From: Raillietiella orientalis
Lineage: Eukaryota
Reading direction: 5' to 3'
Length of the DNA: 64,000 nt
Assembly: GCA_036172245.1 (NCBI GenBank)
Contig: JAYWIR010000032.1
Coordinates: 868,001 to 932,000, forward strand
How positions within the stretch are numbered: position 1 is the first letter of the stretch; each line of letters begins with the position of its first letter. Position numbers and translations under genes: made by a program. The notes below the pieces were generated by a model. That model did not search any database, was not told the origin of the DNA, and saw only the letters and a program-made list of their open reading frames with translations. Shown piece by piece: positions 1 through 14,199 of this stretch.

Positions 1-574
1 CTTTAAGCTCAGAGGATCAGCTCTGAGCCATCTCCACAAAGTTCTTGAAGCTACGGCGCGCGTGGTCGTTACTTCTCCCCTCACCGACTCGCCACTCAAC
101 CGGACCAGTTCGTGCCCTATCAGTTGTTGGTAAAATTCCCATGTTCGATTGAAGTAGTGGAAAGACCAGGACTGACATCCGACATTCCTTCATTCCTCTT
201 CCAGATGCCTCAAAGAGCACCTTGTAACATTCACTGCTGCTGTTTCATAAGGTGCACAGAGGCAGGAAAGGATTGGGAACAGAACTGTGTATCGCGTATA
301 CTCAGAAAAAAACCCTCAATGCTCATTTTGAAGAACGAAATGCTGAAAATTTCCTAAAAAACAAAAGCTATTGGCTTCCCTATCTCGCTTATAAAACACC
401 TGATAAACGAATCCGCCGTACTTGAACGAACATCGTGACAAATGAGTTGGGTGCCTCTCCGCGCTCCAGAGTTAAGATATGCACCTCATCTTCTATCCTC
501 ATTTGTGCACTGAGAGCTCTGCACTGGTCGCTTAGAAACTCAGCGTAGCATTCTCCGAATTCAATCGACCCTGC

Positions 575-900
575 ATCGGAGGCCATGTGGCTGTAGTCTT
601 CGCTCGTGGCACCAAGCGTCGCGGGTTCGAATACTCGACTCCGAGAAATGGGGGTGCATCGTGGGTTCGAGTTCCTTCTGCAAGATGGCGCTGGTTGGCT
701 TCTATTCATTCGGGTGCGGCACTGGTGGAGGTTCGAATCGGATGTCCGATGAATGGCCGGAATCGGGAGTCGACCTCCGGGTGCTTCCAGGAATCAAGGA
801 GTAGGAGTTTCATCCCCTCTGGTTGTGCAAAGGAGACGTCCCTCCCCCCTCGTGGATGTGCCGCTCCCTTCGGGGTTCTCGTCAGAGGAGCAAACAGGAG
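575..900 (+). mobile_element. L1/Tx1-like LINE family, 5' module copy
   Basis: GGCCATGTGGCT...GGGTTCGAATAC...GGGTTCGAGTTCC...CAAGATGGCGCTGGTTG...TTCCAGGAATCAAGGAG, homologous to copies at ~15.0, 25.1, 40.9, 54.0 and 63.4 kb. Confidence 0.7.
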
Positions 901-3821
901 CGGTTCCCTTGCTGGTTCCCTCCGGAGCAGAAAAAATGAAGCGAACCCCTTCGGAGATTCTCTTCGAGGATCCCTCCCCAGGCTTGAGCGGGAACGGACT
1001 CCCTTATCCGGAGCCTTTCCTGTATTCATGGGGTGGCTCCCTCCCGGAGTCCCTCCCCTCCCTTCCCTATCTTGAAGAATTACATGCACCCTCGGGCGGC
1101 ATGAAACAGCGTAAAAGTCGGCCGTCGAGCCGCCGCCAGGCGCGCGACGGTTCTGAGGCACTCAGAGAACCAAAAGAAAAAGCTGGAAAGGAAAGACAGC
1201 AAATGAACCCACAAGGGTCGCCGTGATTCTTACGGAGAACATGCAAGAACGAGTCGATCTCAGAGAAAGAGGGAAACTGCGGGGAATGCAACTCTCAAAG
1301 GCCACCACGGTTGCGCTCTCGCTGAAGACGCAGCCACCATCGAGGCAGCGAAGCATTCGTGGCATCAGGCATTCCAAACTGAGCCGACGCTAACAGAAGA
1401 TTCTGTTAAACTATTGGCTGCTGGAGTTACTTTTTTCTTTCTCCTTCGGATGCGGCCTGTTTTCGTAAAAGGAACAACACGGAGCACAAGAGCGTCTGAG
1501 GTTCCGAAACTGAGGCAAAACCAAGGCGACCTAGTCCTCCAGGAAGGAAGAAATTCCGGCCTTTTAAGATCAGTCAGATGGCTAAAAGTGAATCCGAAAT
1601 TCATTTAATAAGGGTGACTGTTCCATAAATTCTCCTCAGCAGGGAGGCTTTCTCTGCCGGCTATGAGGGCTGCACACATTCAAGAAGACACGAAGATTCT
1701 AAAGATGCACGTTCCGCGCGACCGAAAGACCGACTGCAAGCACTTCTCTCAATCACGGGACCTCCGCTAGCATGTCAGCGTTTACTGCATCGGTCAGTCG
1801 GCAAGATGAAGGATGAAAAGGCAGCAGCATTGGCTCACAGCTCTGCTGATTCTAAGGAATCGAGGTTCCTATAGAAAAGAATTCGAAGAATCGATTGTAC
1901 GAAATGAATCTCTCTTCCGGTACTGCCTGACAGTCGTTCCAAAGAGGCAGGAGGCTGTGAGCACGAATCCGGCACGGGATGTTCCCAAAAGTCACGTTTT
2001 CGCGCTTTTTCCAGAAAACACCGTGTACTCGATTTACTTTATTCAAGATACTCTTTCGTAAGGTACTTTGCTTAAAACGACTGGAAAAATCGAGCGCCAA
2101 GTAGCCAGGGTGCTCTTTGTGACGAATGCTCGTTGCCCGGTAAGGCTCTTTACCTTTCACGCTCCCCAAGGTATAAGATTCTTTATTTTCTTAGAGAATA
2201 CGCTAGAAAGAGTGGTAATTCAAATGCTCACTCACCATTGATTCTCACTTCCTGTTCCATTAATGGATTCTCATTTTGATAACCTGGAAAACAAGAAAAT
2301 TCTAAGGCACTCTGCAAAAAAGCGCGGTTAGTTCCCATAGAATATGAGAACTCTCTGATTCATACAGCGCCGTGCGATCGCAGTGGCCATGCGGGCAAAC
2401 CCGTGTTACTGTCCCTTTCTTCGCTGCCTCCCCCGAATGGAGCTCTGAAATGTTTATGAACCGATATTTTGCATAAAAGGTGAAAAAAGGCTTCGAGCGA
2501 CTCCCTACGATAAAACTCATTTCTTTGTGCTGCCGCGTCCGACATCACAATTCACTGAACTTTCCTCTCTCTTGCTCCTCAGGTTGTCCGGAAGCTACCG
2601 TCAGGAGTTACGGTACAGTGCACCAGAAGTGCACGTCGGGAGATACAAGAATGACTCAATAAGCTTTGTCCCTTTTGGCTTCGCTCCTGCCTGAAAATCT
2701 CAACGAGACGAGCGATGGTTGCAGCCGTTATTTATGATGGCTCAGCTTCCATGCAAACTTTCCTCTACAAATAACATGAAAAGTGCGCATTAAGCTCGTT
2801 GTGACGGTGCAGAAAGTGCAATAGGTTTCTCTCCTGAGGAAGGATGCACGTCTGCACGCGAGGCTGCAGATTGCAGAAGCCGTGAACTGCGCTGCCGCTC
2901 GCATGGCATAACCTGGCCGAGGCCTCATCGGATGCTTATTGGGTCCAATGAGGAACAGGTCCACGCTAACGTCCTTCACTCGCGGATGAGAGCTAAAGAG
3001 CTCTTTCCGACAGACACCAGAAGACTTTTTGCCAACAACGAATGCGCGTTCCTTTCCTAAGTGGGCGTAGAGATGTGGCAAAATGGAAAAAGAATGCAGT
3101 CTCTCTTACATCAACCACATTTGTGCTCTTTGCAAAGGTTTTGGACAGTTGGGACAGCGTCACCGGACAACGTTAGCGTGGTCGCCAAATCCGTGGTCTG
3201 CCAGTCAGAATGCCTACATCTAGATGAAATTGTACTTCAATCTCATTTGTACTGAATGTGTTCCTGTGAGATCTCTTAGCTGTAGAACTGTTTCGTTCTC
3301 GATCTGGTTTTTTGTTTGATGATCACACATTAATTCACACGTCAAATTTGACTTCCGTGATCAGCCAGGTGACAACAAAGGTGAAAGAATGGAAAGACGA
3401 AGAAAGAAACGTAGAAGAACATGACTAAAGATCAGGAGCAGACATTCCCAGATGTTTCTAATTCCACTACCTTCGAAAGCATTCCCTTAGCAGCCGTCTC
3501 TTGCTTTCTTTGCTGGTGTCGTATCTGCTATTTCGCATGCACAGTATTTCTAGTCGGCCAAAAGACAGGCATGTCGGAGACCACCAACCATTCCTTCTTT
3601 CAGCCTCAGGGAACCGTGGAAGCAGTCGGAAGTCGAGTCCGTCTCAGGAATAGAGTTCTATCTGAAGGCATTCCTTGGATTTTCTTCTCAATGAACTGAG
3701 AAGACTCAGACTGCTTCTGCCTGAGCATTCACAACGCTGGAACGAAGTGCAAACCGCAAACGAACGACAGGTGAGCGATGACCACTGCAACCCTCTACAG
3801 CGGTCCGGGATCGCAGGCTTA

Positions 3822-4263
3822 TGTCAGGCAACGTGATCTAAAGGTGAAGAATAGCATGATGATCACGCAAGATCGGTCCCCTACGGCGGTAGGAGTTTGG
3901 TTTCCTGTTTCTCCACCTTGAAAGCAAACTTCCAGATACAGTACAGACGAGGAAACGAACGACAGTTCAAGGATCCATCCACATATCGTACAAATGTCAT
4001 GTAACTCCACCATGTGCATCCATGTGAGCGCATTCATGCGACGAGGCGTGTAAACAGCCACACTTGACACGATAATGAAATAAGTGTACACCAACAAAGT
4101 GAACACAATACAGTGCATGAGATAACGTGATGAAATGAACAGTGCGTAATGACTGCGTAAGAATATACAAAGAGCATAATGGCCAATCGGATATAAAGAA
4201 AGAACGAATAAGAGAAACGAAAACGTATTGGTGGTTCTAAACACGTACATCCTCATCTCTACA
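3822..4263. mobile_element. Possible solo LTR or other insertion (442 bp, TG...CA)
   Basis: A compositionally distinct A-rich block beginning TGT and ending ACA. No convincing 4-6 bp target-site duplication (only TA on each side). Confidence 0.2.
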
Positions 4264-5869
4264 TAGTCACCATTTTTCCCCCAAACACTATTGATACCGT
4301 GGATGGAGCTTTTTTGAAACCCTCTGCCTCAAATTCCGCCGCCTGAGAGTCCAGTCAACTCAGCAGCGCTGCAGTTTTCAACTCCTCTCCTTCCCCCTCG
4401 AGTCGTCGAGCCACTTCTGGAGGTGCAGGAAGGAAGACGTGGTGGTAGTCACTCAGATTCGTTCTTTCTTTCTATCCGATCGGCCCTTCCTTTGAGATAC
4501 GTCTTGTACAACACGAAACGAGAATATGTACATTTGAGCACACAATTTGCCCGATGCAAATGCCATGTACAGAGATGTTCTTCATGTATGGGCGGATGCA
4601 CAGCCGAAATTCCTTGAAGGAACTGCACACGACCAAGGGGAATTTGGTCTGCACGTTTGGTACATACGAGTGATGGGAATGCACTCGTAGATGCCAAACA
4701 TGCCAGGCTTCACAGAAGTCATGGAACTTGCCTGGGTCCGAATAACACCCCAGGGCTTCTGCAACGTCTTAATTCTCTACAAGATGCCGGTGTTAGAGCG
4801 CTGCAGCTGGTTAGCACGTTTTTCTCTTTGTCTCTCTCTCGCTCTTTCTCCTTTCTTTTTTTTCCTGCTTTTTTGGGGGGAGAACATTATTTTGGTACAA
4901 CGGCTTCAACGTGAGGCGAATGAGGCGCGCTCATTCATAACTGCTCCTGAGGTCTAGGTCCCCGGCACCGTACCTCGCAGTTTCTTATCTCACCCTGTGC
5001 TAAGGCCGCACTGGGATGCTGTAGCGTGAAGCGAGTCAATGCGATAAAGGGAGACGGAGGAGGGAAAAAGGCAACGCCATGCGTGGGGGAGGGGCCAACT
5101 AACAGGGCGGGTGGTGAAGAAGTCAGAAAGAAGTAAAACTGGACAAGTGCAATTTATCCGTTACCTTCAAGACACAGCAGTACTCTTATCACCTTGTTGC
5201 CCTGTAACGGTCGGCGAGAACACCAAACTGGCGAATATCTGCTCGCAGGGTAGGGGAGTATACGTACGAGATTTTTCGGTTTCTGCGCAGCGGACGCGAG
5301 CAAGCGTTCTCTTCCACTTGCGTTCGGATGGAGCAGTACTCTTACGCCGCCTTGCTGAGACACTGGAACTTTCCGGAGCGTGGATCAGGAGCGCCTAACA
5401 ACCGCAAAAGCAGTGAGTGCTTTTCTTTTCCTTCCTTCTTTCCTTGCTTTTTCTTCCTTTCTTTTCGACCGTGTAAACATTTCCGGAGGCAGTGAGATCG
5501 GGCCTGGATTTGTCGCGCTGCAGAGGACCAACAGGCTGCCGAGATGACCCGTAACGCACCAGCAGCGCAGCCATCTCTGCTTCCCCCTCTGCTTCCGGAA
5601 CGTTCGACTGAGGAAGTGAGCCAATTCGGACAGTCCTCTCCCTTCATATGTGGCCTTCACAGCGGAGGACGGAGGCAAACCGGCAAGAGCACCTCCCGTC
5701 TATCCTGTGGCGGCTTCGAGATGCTCCGGAATCAAGCCAAGCGGAAGATAGAGGACGAGGTCATCGGATGGCGATTCCGGCATTTCTCTCCCTTCCCCGG
5801 TCAGGTCGACAGGCAAACTGAAACTTCTTTCAGAGGATTCTTGCGAAGGAGAAACACTACATCTTGCAG

Positions 5870-7240
5870 TCAGCAGGCTCTCCTCAGCAGGTGTTCAAAC
5901 TGAGATAAGCCTCCTGGAACACTTTCTAAGGGGAGTTCCAGAGGTTTCCTGGAACGTTTCGCAGGAAGCCTTCCGGGGCTGTGCCGAGGCGGAACGATTG
6001 CACTCCCTTGTCTAGGGGACCTCGATTTATGCAACCAGCCAGAGGCACCATCCCTCAGGACGAAGTCACTTCTGTGTCGCACCATGGAGTTGCTCTTCTC
6101 TCCACGATAAATGGCAGAGTACATCACCACCTTTCGTGCGCGCGCGCGTCTCCTTTTCGGCCGTTTGCCGCTCTTGAAAAAGGCAGCATGACGAGGCATT
6201 CGCCGGCAATGAAACCCCGGGAATGCGCGTGAGGGACGTTTCCGAGACCGAGGAATCCCTCAGAGAGCTCAGAGAACAGAGGCCAGGCCTCTTCAAACAA
6301 CCGATGGGAAGGCGAGACGGTCCTCGAGGACAAGGAACTCACGAGGTGGGAACGCTGACGTCACGCATTCAGAAATGACTGCTGCGGGCGTGCATTCACT
6401 CACTCCATCACAGCCCTCGCCGAGGGAAGCTGCCGCTCTGCCGCGAAGTCGCAGCTTCCGCGTTCAATGGCGGTTCTCGTTTCGTCTCCAGGCACTCCGT
6501 CTCCCGTGATCTCGACAAATTCCGTCACTTCCTGAGTTCCGAAACGAACGAGGCGTCTCTTCCGAGTTGGTCGGCTTGCTTCAGGGAGAGCTCTTCTGCT
6601 TGCTTTCCTGTTAAAGGCCTCGAAGAAGTCTCGACTCGACCCGTTTTCCGAGTAGTCGCTCACTCCCCAGCGCGAAAACGGGACCCTCCACTGAAGCTGA
6701 GAGCGTGGCGGATGCTGGATCCCTTCCCCCCCCCCGCCGCATGTCCGCTGCGTCCGAACTCTTGGAGACCAAACATGCCGATTACCTCCCTCTCTCTGTT
6801 TGCACTGGACAGGGATAGCCTCGCTTTGTGCTTCCGTGGACGGACTATTTCGATCGCAGCAAGCAGACGCCTTCTGCTTGCCGATGGCGCACGCGCGTTC
6901 GCAGGCGACATCCGACGATGAGATCTCGGTTCTGCGAGTGTTGTGCTGGACTCGAGGAACCAGAGCGAGGGATGATGGGGCCGACCCGTGTTTTTTTCGT
7001 TTGGGGACACGCTTGAACAAGGACGCTGCGCCCCGGCCTCCCTGCGACTTCTAGTTTCCACTTGCTACGAATCTTCGAGGACTTTGCTCGTTGGTAACCT
7101 CGTCTCCCCAATAGGCAGGTATCGGGCCCACCTGCCATGAATTGCTCCCACGGTAAGAATACGTCAGCTCCTGTTCCTTCCAGCATCCGCCGTCTCCTCG
7201 CCGATTGCAGCGTCGTCCCTTGGAGGACTTCTTCCATGTC
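5870..7240 (-). mobile_element. Degenerate L1/Tx1-like ORF2 fragment (EN-RT linker and RT N-terminal domains)
   Basis: Frameshifted peptides in the expected order: LPWEQF; ENGSSRDFFEAFNRKASRR (GEKSSRYFF-like); FEEAWPLF...GNVPHAHSRGFI (RT domain 1-like); AIYRGEKS...SRSPRQGSAIVP (RQGCPLSP-like). Confidence 0.6.
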
Positions 7241-7509
7241 CCGTTACTTGGTACAGCAACGAGAACCTCCCTTTCTCTCCGCTAGTTCGTATGCACCACA
7301 CAGAAACGCTTTCTCTGAGATTTGAAATCTCTCATAGGTACTCTCCTGTTTCCCAGGAAAGATAGGAAGGGAAGAAGAAAAACCTTGCTGGGACGAGGCC
7401 TCTCAAAGGGAATAAACTCGAATGTTCTTCCAGAACTGTAGCATGAGCCACTTGAAACCGGCCTTTTCTAGAGTCCGACTTTGTGGCGAAATGTATGGAG
7501 AACCGGTTC

Positions 7510-7750
7510 GGAGCATCGTGACGATAGCATGCACGCGATCTGCACGGATGCCGACAATGGAATCTAAAAATAAACGGTAATCGAATCCAAACCGGCTTCG
7601 CGGAGTGACGTCAGAGTGCGCGCAATCAGCACGGAGGCCAACAATGGAATCTAAAAATAAACGGTAATCGAATCCAAACCGGTTTCGCGGAGTGACGTCA
7701 GAGTGCGCGCAATCAGCACGGAGGCCAACAATGGAATCTAAAAATAAACT
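7510..7750. repeat. 87-bp tandem repeat, ~2.5 copies
   Basis: CAATGGAATCTAAAAATAAAC recurs at 7555, 7642 and 7729; the copies are nearly identical. Confidence 0.92.
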
Positions 7751-9509
7751 GCGAACGAATTCAAGCCAGTCCGCCACGAGTCCGCCTTGGCAGGAAACGT
7801 ACAGAATCGGGGAGGTCTGGCTTCAACTCGCTCACTCACCCTGTACAAAAACAGTAGACCCTTCGAAAGCAAACGCTTGCGCTTTTAGCTCCTTCTGGAA
7901 GCTGGATAACAGTAAAGTGTTTGAGAGACAAGCAGAGCAGGAGTGCAAAAGCACAGCACACAGCGCACATACCTTCCCTCCACCGAAATCGACCGAAACC
8001 GACAAGGAACCGCCGGTCCTGCATCGGTTCGTTAGGAGCAGAGGAAAGAGTTGACGAGCTCCACGCGAACGGAAACGCAAGCAAGAGGGAGGGATCCTTG
8101 CAGACAGGTGAAAGGCAGCAAGGATCGCTCTAGGCTGCTTCGACCGAAGCTTTCTTGAAGGGCGCCAAGTTCGGAATAGCTCAGCAGATCACGCAAGCCT
8201 TCCTTCGACTCAGCACCCCGCGGACGGATCACGCAAAAGGTCCGGGGCAGACCGTAACGCAGAGAAACTCCCTCCCCAAGACCCGGGCATCGAAAGCACC
8301 CTGCCGAATCTCTTCGAAACCACGTGCTTTGGACCCATCCTTCACGGGAAATTCTGAGCCGATCTTGCAGTTCATCCAGGCATCCTTAAGATGTGTCCCT
8401 GACAGTTTTCAGGTATGGCACGAAGGATATGTGGTTTCCCGAGCTGGTTGCGGAGAGCAAAAAAATTTTTTTTTATTTTCCAACTCCATGTTGTAAACTA
8501 TGGAGGGGTACCCCTGCCAAGGAACGTTTGACAGAGGATCGCAACAGCGGTCCCTCTTTTCGCATCCATGTCTCCTCAGCATCCGAAGATACGAGTGGAT
8601 AGTCCTGGATCACGAGGAGCGAGAACTCTGTTGGTGTGATGGCACAGAATCACCGTTCGATTTCGAAGAGCTTCGGGCACTGATGAGAGCGCAGCTGCAA
8701 AGCAGTTGTGGGGGGCTGATGTGTGTGCTCTTCGGAGCTGCAGAAGGATCTTGATTCCGTTATGCCGAGGTACTCCTTCGGCTGAGATCGCCTCGAACCT
8801 CCGACGAGGTATGTTTAGAGAATTCATTTCCGAGCGGTTCCCCCGCCTCCCTCCTTTTTCCCTTCGACAGGAAGCAATCACGTTGTGCGCGCAGGAACCG
8901 GTAAATCGGCAAGTCGAGTGCGATCAATTTGGTCGCTAGCAGTGTGAGTCCGAGTCTCCTTCCGCCTTGAAAACCGTCCTCTCCTGCTGAGGACGCGGAG
9001 CCTCGTGAAAAATGCAACATCCGACTGACGACTGGAAGCTCTCGCAAGTCTCCCCTCGAAGAGCCGAGGAACGTAAAGAAGACAAAGACTCAGAGCGGCC
9101 CGTCTTTGACCGTTCCGAGTTTGGTCGAGGTCAGGAATCGAAGAGGCTTGCAGAACGGAGCGGACACGCCTATCGGGATCGGCTGACGTGCCATGAGAGA
9201 ACATCCTGTCAGAATAATGAGACCGTTTCGATGATTCCGTTGCAGCTTTGACTTTCTAAAGCAGGAGCACGACTCGAACGACCTCTGAGAGCTTTCAATC
9301 ATCTCAAAATTCTCTCGAGGAGCGAGAATTTCTTATTCATTAGTTTAGCTCATTCGTGCTGAAGCTTTCTTTTCTTTCTTCCTTTCTTTTTTTTTTTTCT
9401 TTTTCTTTTTTTTCTTCTCAAAATGGAGCTGTTAGAGGATATTCCAAATGCTATTCCGGGATTCTCTGAAGGGCCTTGAGCGCTGCGACCTAAGGAAAGA
9501 TCCAGTTTG

Positions 9510-9949
9510 GTTCTAAAGAATTGGACTTTCCGTTTCCCATGGAGACCCTCAAGGAAGTCCTCCAGCTGGTTCGCAGCAAGAAGTCACCGAAACCAGACGA
9601 AACACATCCTCTCGGATATCCGGATCTCTTTTCATCGCACAACCCTGAGAAAAACCCTGCGATCCCCATCCCCCCCCCAAAAAAAATTGCACACGAACAT
9701 CTTGAAAGGCAAAAAGAGGAAACACTGATTCTGTTCCTACAGAAACTTTTAGTCTGCACTTTCAGTAAAGACTACGAGATTTTTTGCTCCTTCTTTTCCT
9801 CATTTCGTTCCTCGGAAGATCACGTTTCAGAAAGATTTCAGTTCCTCTGTTCGATTCCAAAGTTAGAAATTGTGAAGAGCAGGTCCTGGATTGCAGCCAT
9901 TTCTCCCCCCCCCCCTCCCCTCTTTCCGGTTCGCCAAAACGTGAAATGA
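9510..9949 (+). mobile_element. Degenerate L1/Tx1-like reverse transcriptase fragment
   Basis: PFPMETLKEVLQLVRSKKSPKPD (domain 0, KSPGPDG-like), DYEIFC (DYKIF-like) and QFLCSIP. Upstream FWKLDNS at ~7890 resembles the post-endonuclease WKLNNS motif. Confidence 0.65.
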
Positions 9950-10699
9950 TCCTCAGGTTCCCGACGCGACGTTCGAGATGAGACGACATGTCACTCCTTC
10001 ATCTCCGTCAGAAACGGGAGCGTAACTAGTCAAGAAATCCAAGCGGAGCGATCGGAGGAAGAGTGGAAATCAGGTGGACGAGGAGAAATCTTCGCAAAGA
10101 CACTATCACGAGTCGTGACTCTATGGAAGGGCAAAGTTCCTCTCCACTCCGTTTAGAACTGCCTGCAGTACGCTCTCTTCCAGATACGCAGGCTTCAAAA
10201 TGCGGAAGTACAGGAACTCGCTTCACAAAGCAAAAAGCGACCCCGCAGTCAAGGATGCAGCCGCAACCTCCAAAGAAACAAAGGATGGTGAAATTGGGCG
10301 TAGCAGCGTAGACTCCAAAGAAAAATATTTGCACAGAGGGGCGGCAGTAGACAAAAAGGTCACGAAGAGTGAAAGCAAGAGAAAGCAAACAAGGAAAACA
10401 AAAATGAGAGAAGCTTCTCGAGTGGAAGGCAAGGAGGGAGAGTGGCGCTGCGCGGTCCGACAAGCAGCATCTCTTGCAAAACCACCAAGACTTGAAGGTG
10501 TGACTGGCAATAGCATCTGTCGGATGCTTAGTGAAATTTCTGGATTGGAAAGGTCCAGCAGAGCAGAGTTATTGAACCCCATGATAGAAACCTCACGAAA
10601 ACCACTGACTGTGAGAGCACCAGATTTCTCTAGATTCCAAGACAGGAAGTCGAGCACAACCAAAGCTTTAAAACCAGTCGAAAACAGCTGGACACTTAG

Positions 10700-12580
10700 G
10701 GAGTTCAGAAAGAATGCTTCACTCGGTGAAGCAGAGAGACCATGGAACTCACCCGTCTAACCAGAGTTGCCACGTGACACATGAGCCTGGGAAAGATGAA
10801 TTCCAGAGTCTCTGGAAACCTGCAAAACTGAGGTGACCCTTGAGCTCCGCAACCGAAGCCAGTGCCGGGATCTCTCTGCACAGCACTCCACACGGGAACG
10901 TGTCGGTTACCCGTGGCTTCATAAAAGAGAGAGGCGAATGCGACCCTACAAATGCAGAGGCTCATGAACATGGATGCTAATCTCGCACCTCCAATGCACA
11001 GCGACGGCGATTTTCCAATCAACGGAAACTATCTCAGAAAGATTCCACTGGCAAAGTGCACTCACTGCACGGCTCTAACGAAAGCGGAAACTCTCATAGC
11101 CATAGCAGCTTGGTGGCAATGGTGTTCCCTGGGGGCACTTGAAAGGCTGCCGTCCGCTACGTTAATTTCGCAGCAGAATAGAATACTGAATTGGTAGCAT
11201 GGAAGCTACCAATCTGGGCTTGGCATACGAGCAGCTGGAGTGCAGCAGGGAACAAACTTGGAACCCGGGTAAGATCCAGTAAAAGAGAACGAGAGCGACT
11301 TTTCTTGGATAGATTGGATCCCGGGGTCTCTGATCGTAATAGAGGGTTGATCGGAAGGAAGACATACTTCGCAAGTCATTTTTTTAGCCATTATCCCGGA
11401 AGGATGCTAAATGGAGGCATGTCTAGCTCAAAATTCATGTGGGCCTTCAGAGAATGAAGAGCAGGATAGGAATTCTCGGATTTGACAACAACAAAAAAAA
11501 AAGAGCGAAAGCTCATCAATCTTAAGGAGCTTTTCTACCAGGAATTGAGTGGACAGATCAGAGAATACAGCAACATCGATTCCAGCTCAGATACTTTCGT
11601 TTCTAAGGTCACATTCTCAAAATTATCGGAAGCTGCATAGCATCACGAAGTAGGAGCGGAATGCGAGCATGCATGCCATCGTGTCAGGTGCGTTGCACCA
11701 CTTCGAAGAGGAGCTGTCCCGCAAGCTTAGTTGCCCCCAGCACTACTACTGAATCCGAGAACTCAGGAAAGGAATTTTACAAACAGTCGGATCATCCAGT
11801 GAGCAGAACTGCGAATTGCGAAGCCTTGCGAGAACTTGCAGATTGCAGTGGAGCCTTCGAAACCTTCCCAACCAAGATGTCGTTTCAAGAACACTTGAGT
11901 CTTGTTGCAAAGAGCAAGAAAATGTTAAAAGGTGGCCCAAAAAAACGGAAGCGAAAAAGTTGGCAATGAAACCGTCGGGGACAAGAGAGGAAAGATTCTG
12001 AAACTGAGATCAGGGCGAGGAGTGCACGCATGGAGATGAAAAACAGCGAAACTCTCATCCTGTGAAGATCAAATGTTCGCTCGTGCTCCGCCATTGCTCG
12101 CTCGGAACGGGATGCTGTTTCCCACGCAAGCACAAGACGCTGTTTCGTTGCAGCATCTAGCAAACACCGGAATTAACTTTGGGCGCTGACAGAAACAGCT
12201 GCTTCTGGTGAACCGTGCTAAGTGTGCAAAAGGAAATTTTTGCAGCATGCTTCGAATTTAACAGTATACCAGCCTGTAGGAATCAAGTGCTCATGAATAT
12301 TGTTTCCACGACTTCCCCTTTGTGCAATCTTCCCAAAACTCTCGAGAAACGAACTCTTCGTGTCTCTTACACTTCTTCCCTGTCGAGAATGTTCGACTCC
12401 TATGCGTTCAGCGAGTTGCGAAGTGCTGATCAAAACACGAGAGAGCGGAGAAAGCGAAAATTAAATGTTTCGACAGCTATAAGAGATGCAAAGTCCATTC
12501 CTCCATGTCCCCTATTAGGAACACACAAAACGTCGAAACACGCTAGTAAGAATTCTCTGACATTTGCATTTCTTTAACGT
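10700..12580 (+). mobile_element. Highly decayed LINE ORF2 remnants (endonuclease end to RT start)
   Basis: Weak motifs only: DGDFP, RLFLDRLDPGVSDR (SDH-like), GKEFYKQ, EIFAACFEFNSIPAC. Confidence 0.3.
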
Positions 12581-14199
12581 TGGGCGTAGTACCGATTGCG
12601 AACACAAGAGATGCGAGGATACATCATTTCATCTCCGGCGGAATGGGCCGAAAACTGACCGGAACTTCAGCAATGGAGTGGGCACCAACATCTCGCCTTT
12701 CTAGAGTGGAAACTGGAGAACCGTCTTTAACAGTCCAGTCGAAATTCTAACCTCGCCCGCAAGAAAATACGAAATTTTGCAACATTTCCGCTAGAAACGA
12801 ACTCCATCCACATATCTGTGTAGGCGGAATTCCGTTACCACTTCACAAAACAAAAAAAAAAAATGAAAATAAATAAAAACCATTCCAGACCATGATGCAA
12901 GAAGTAGCCCTTATGAGACATCAAAACTATGAGGTCTTTCCAGCGGGGCTACTGGAGTAGAAGTGGGAAGGAAAGTGCCACCATCTGCAGATACAGGATG
13001 GACACAGAATAGGAGGGGGGGTCTTCTGAAGTCCGTAGTTCGAACCAACGTCGGAAACGACTCTGCATCCAATTGGAACTGAATTGAAACTGAAGAGGAA
13101 ACTGTGACCAAAAGTTGGCAGATCGTGGATGAGAAGATCGAGGACACCGAGCACAAGAGAGGAAAGATTCTGCCTGTGCAAGATGAACACGAGGTCCGAA
13201 AATTCTTTCCCAATAGTCAGATGATGCAGTACAGCCCCTACAATTTCGAACACTTTGATCCCGGCCTCACCATCCCCAGTCTTATTAGCACGCAAGGAGC
13301 TCTTCCATGGATTTCCACAAAAATCACCTTCCATCTTTCAGGAAACACGAAAAGTCATGAGAATGAGTTCAAATGTGAAAGTGGTCCTTCTTCCAAATGC
13401 CAGTGTCATTCGGAGAAAGAGTTGCAGGACATGTCCTGCCTGCTAATTGTGCTCTGAGTACAGACGGAAAAGTTCCTTAACGTTCGGCAGCTTCCTCCGA
13501 AGAAATGAAACAGATCAGAACAAATCTCTTCGTATTTTTCTTTCCTTTTGCCGCGCCTTTTTCGATGGACGAAACCATTCGTTGTTGTGAGGATCATAAT
13601 TTTCCCCTGTTCTTTATCGAAGACTCCGATGGGGTAATCAGCCAGCTTCGATGGTTGCTCCACCTCAGTGTCTTATCAGTTTGCCCATCATCATCTTATC
13701 AATTGCTTGAATCCGGAAATTTACATGCAAAGAGGATTGGTCTTAATTTGGATTAAGGGAAACCATCATCTCCGTGTGAAAATTCTTTCAGTAGACACCA
13801 TGTTTGTTCTGAGCACACCCTCACTTGCTCACCAGCAGCCGCTAGTGACTTGTCTCGAGCAGAACTGTCTTCTGAACTTGACGACAGTGGCCATCCAGTT
13901 GCGCTTCGAATTTTCCACTTTCTTAAGTGGCTCGAATGAAGACGGCTTTGCTTCAGCTGCTACACTTGGAGAATTGCTCCGTAAAAAGAGTGAGAGCCCA
14001 GCCGCTCCTTGCACAGTCAAGGCAGTTTCTTGAAGATTTCTCTTTGTGAACGAATCGCAGGACAAATTATGGTTGTGATTCCACGTGGAGATGCTTTTAC
14101 GTCATTGCAGTGGATCATGGTGAGCTTGCAGGCATGGAATTTCCTACCAGCCAGGATTTCGCAGTCCGTTCCCTCCTCTTCCCAGGAAGATAGGACTCA

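Noticed and set aside
7510..7750. CRISPR-like array
   Set aside because: The whole 87-bp unit is repeated with no unique spacers, there are no cas genes, and the context is eukaryotic.
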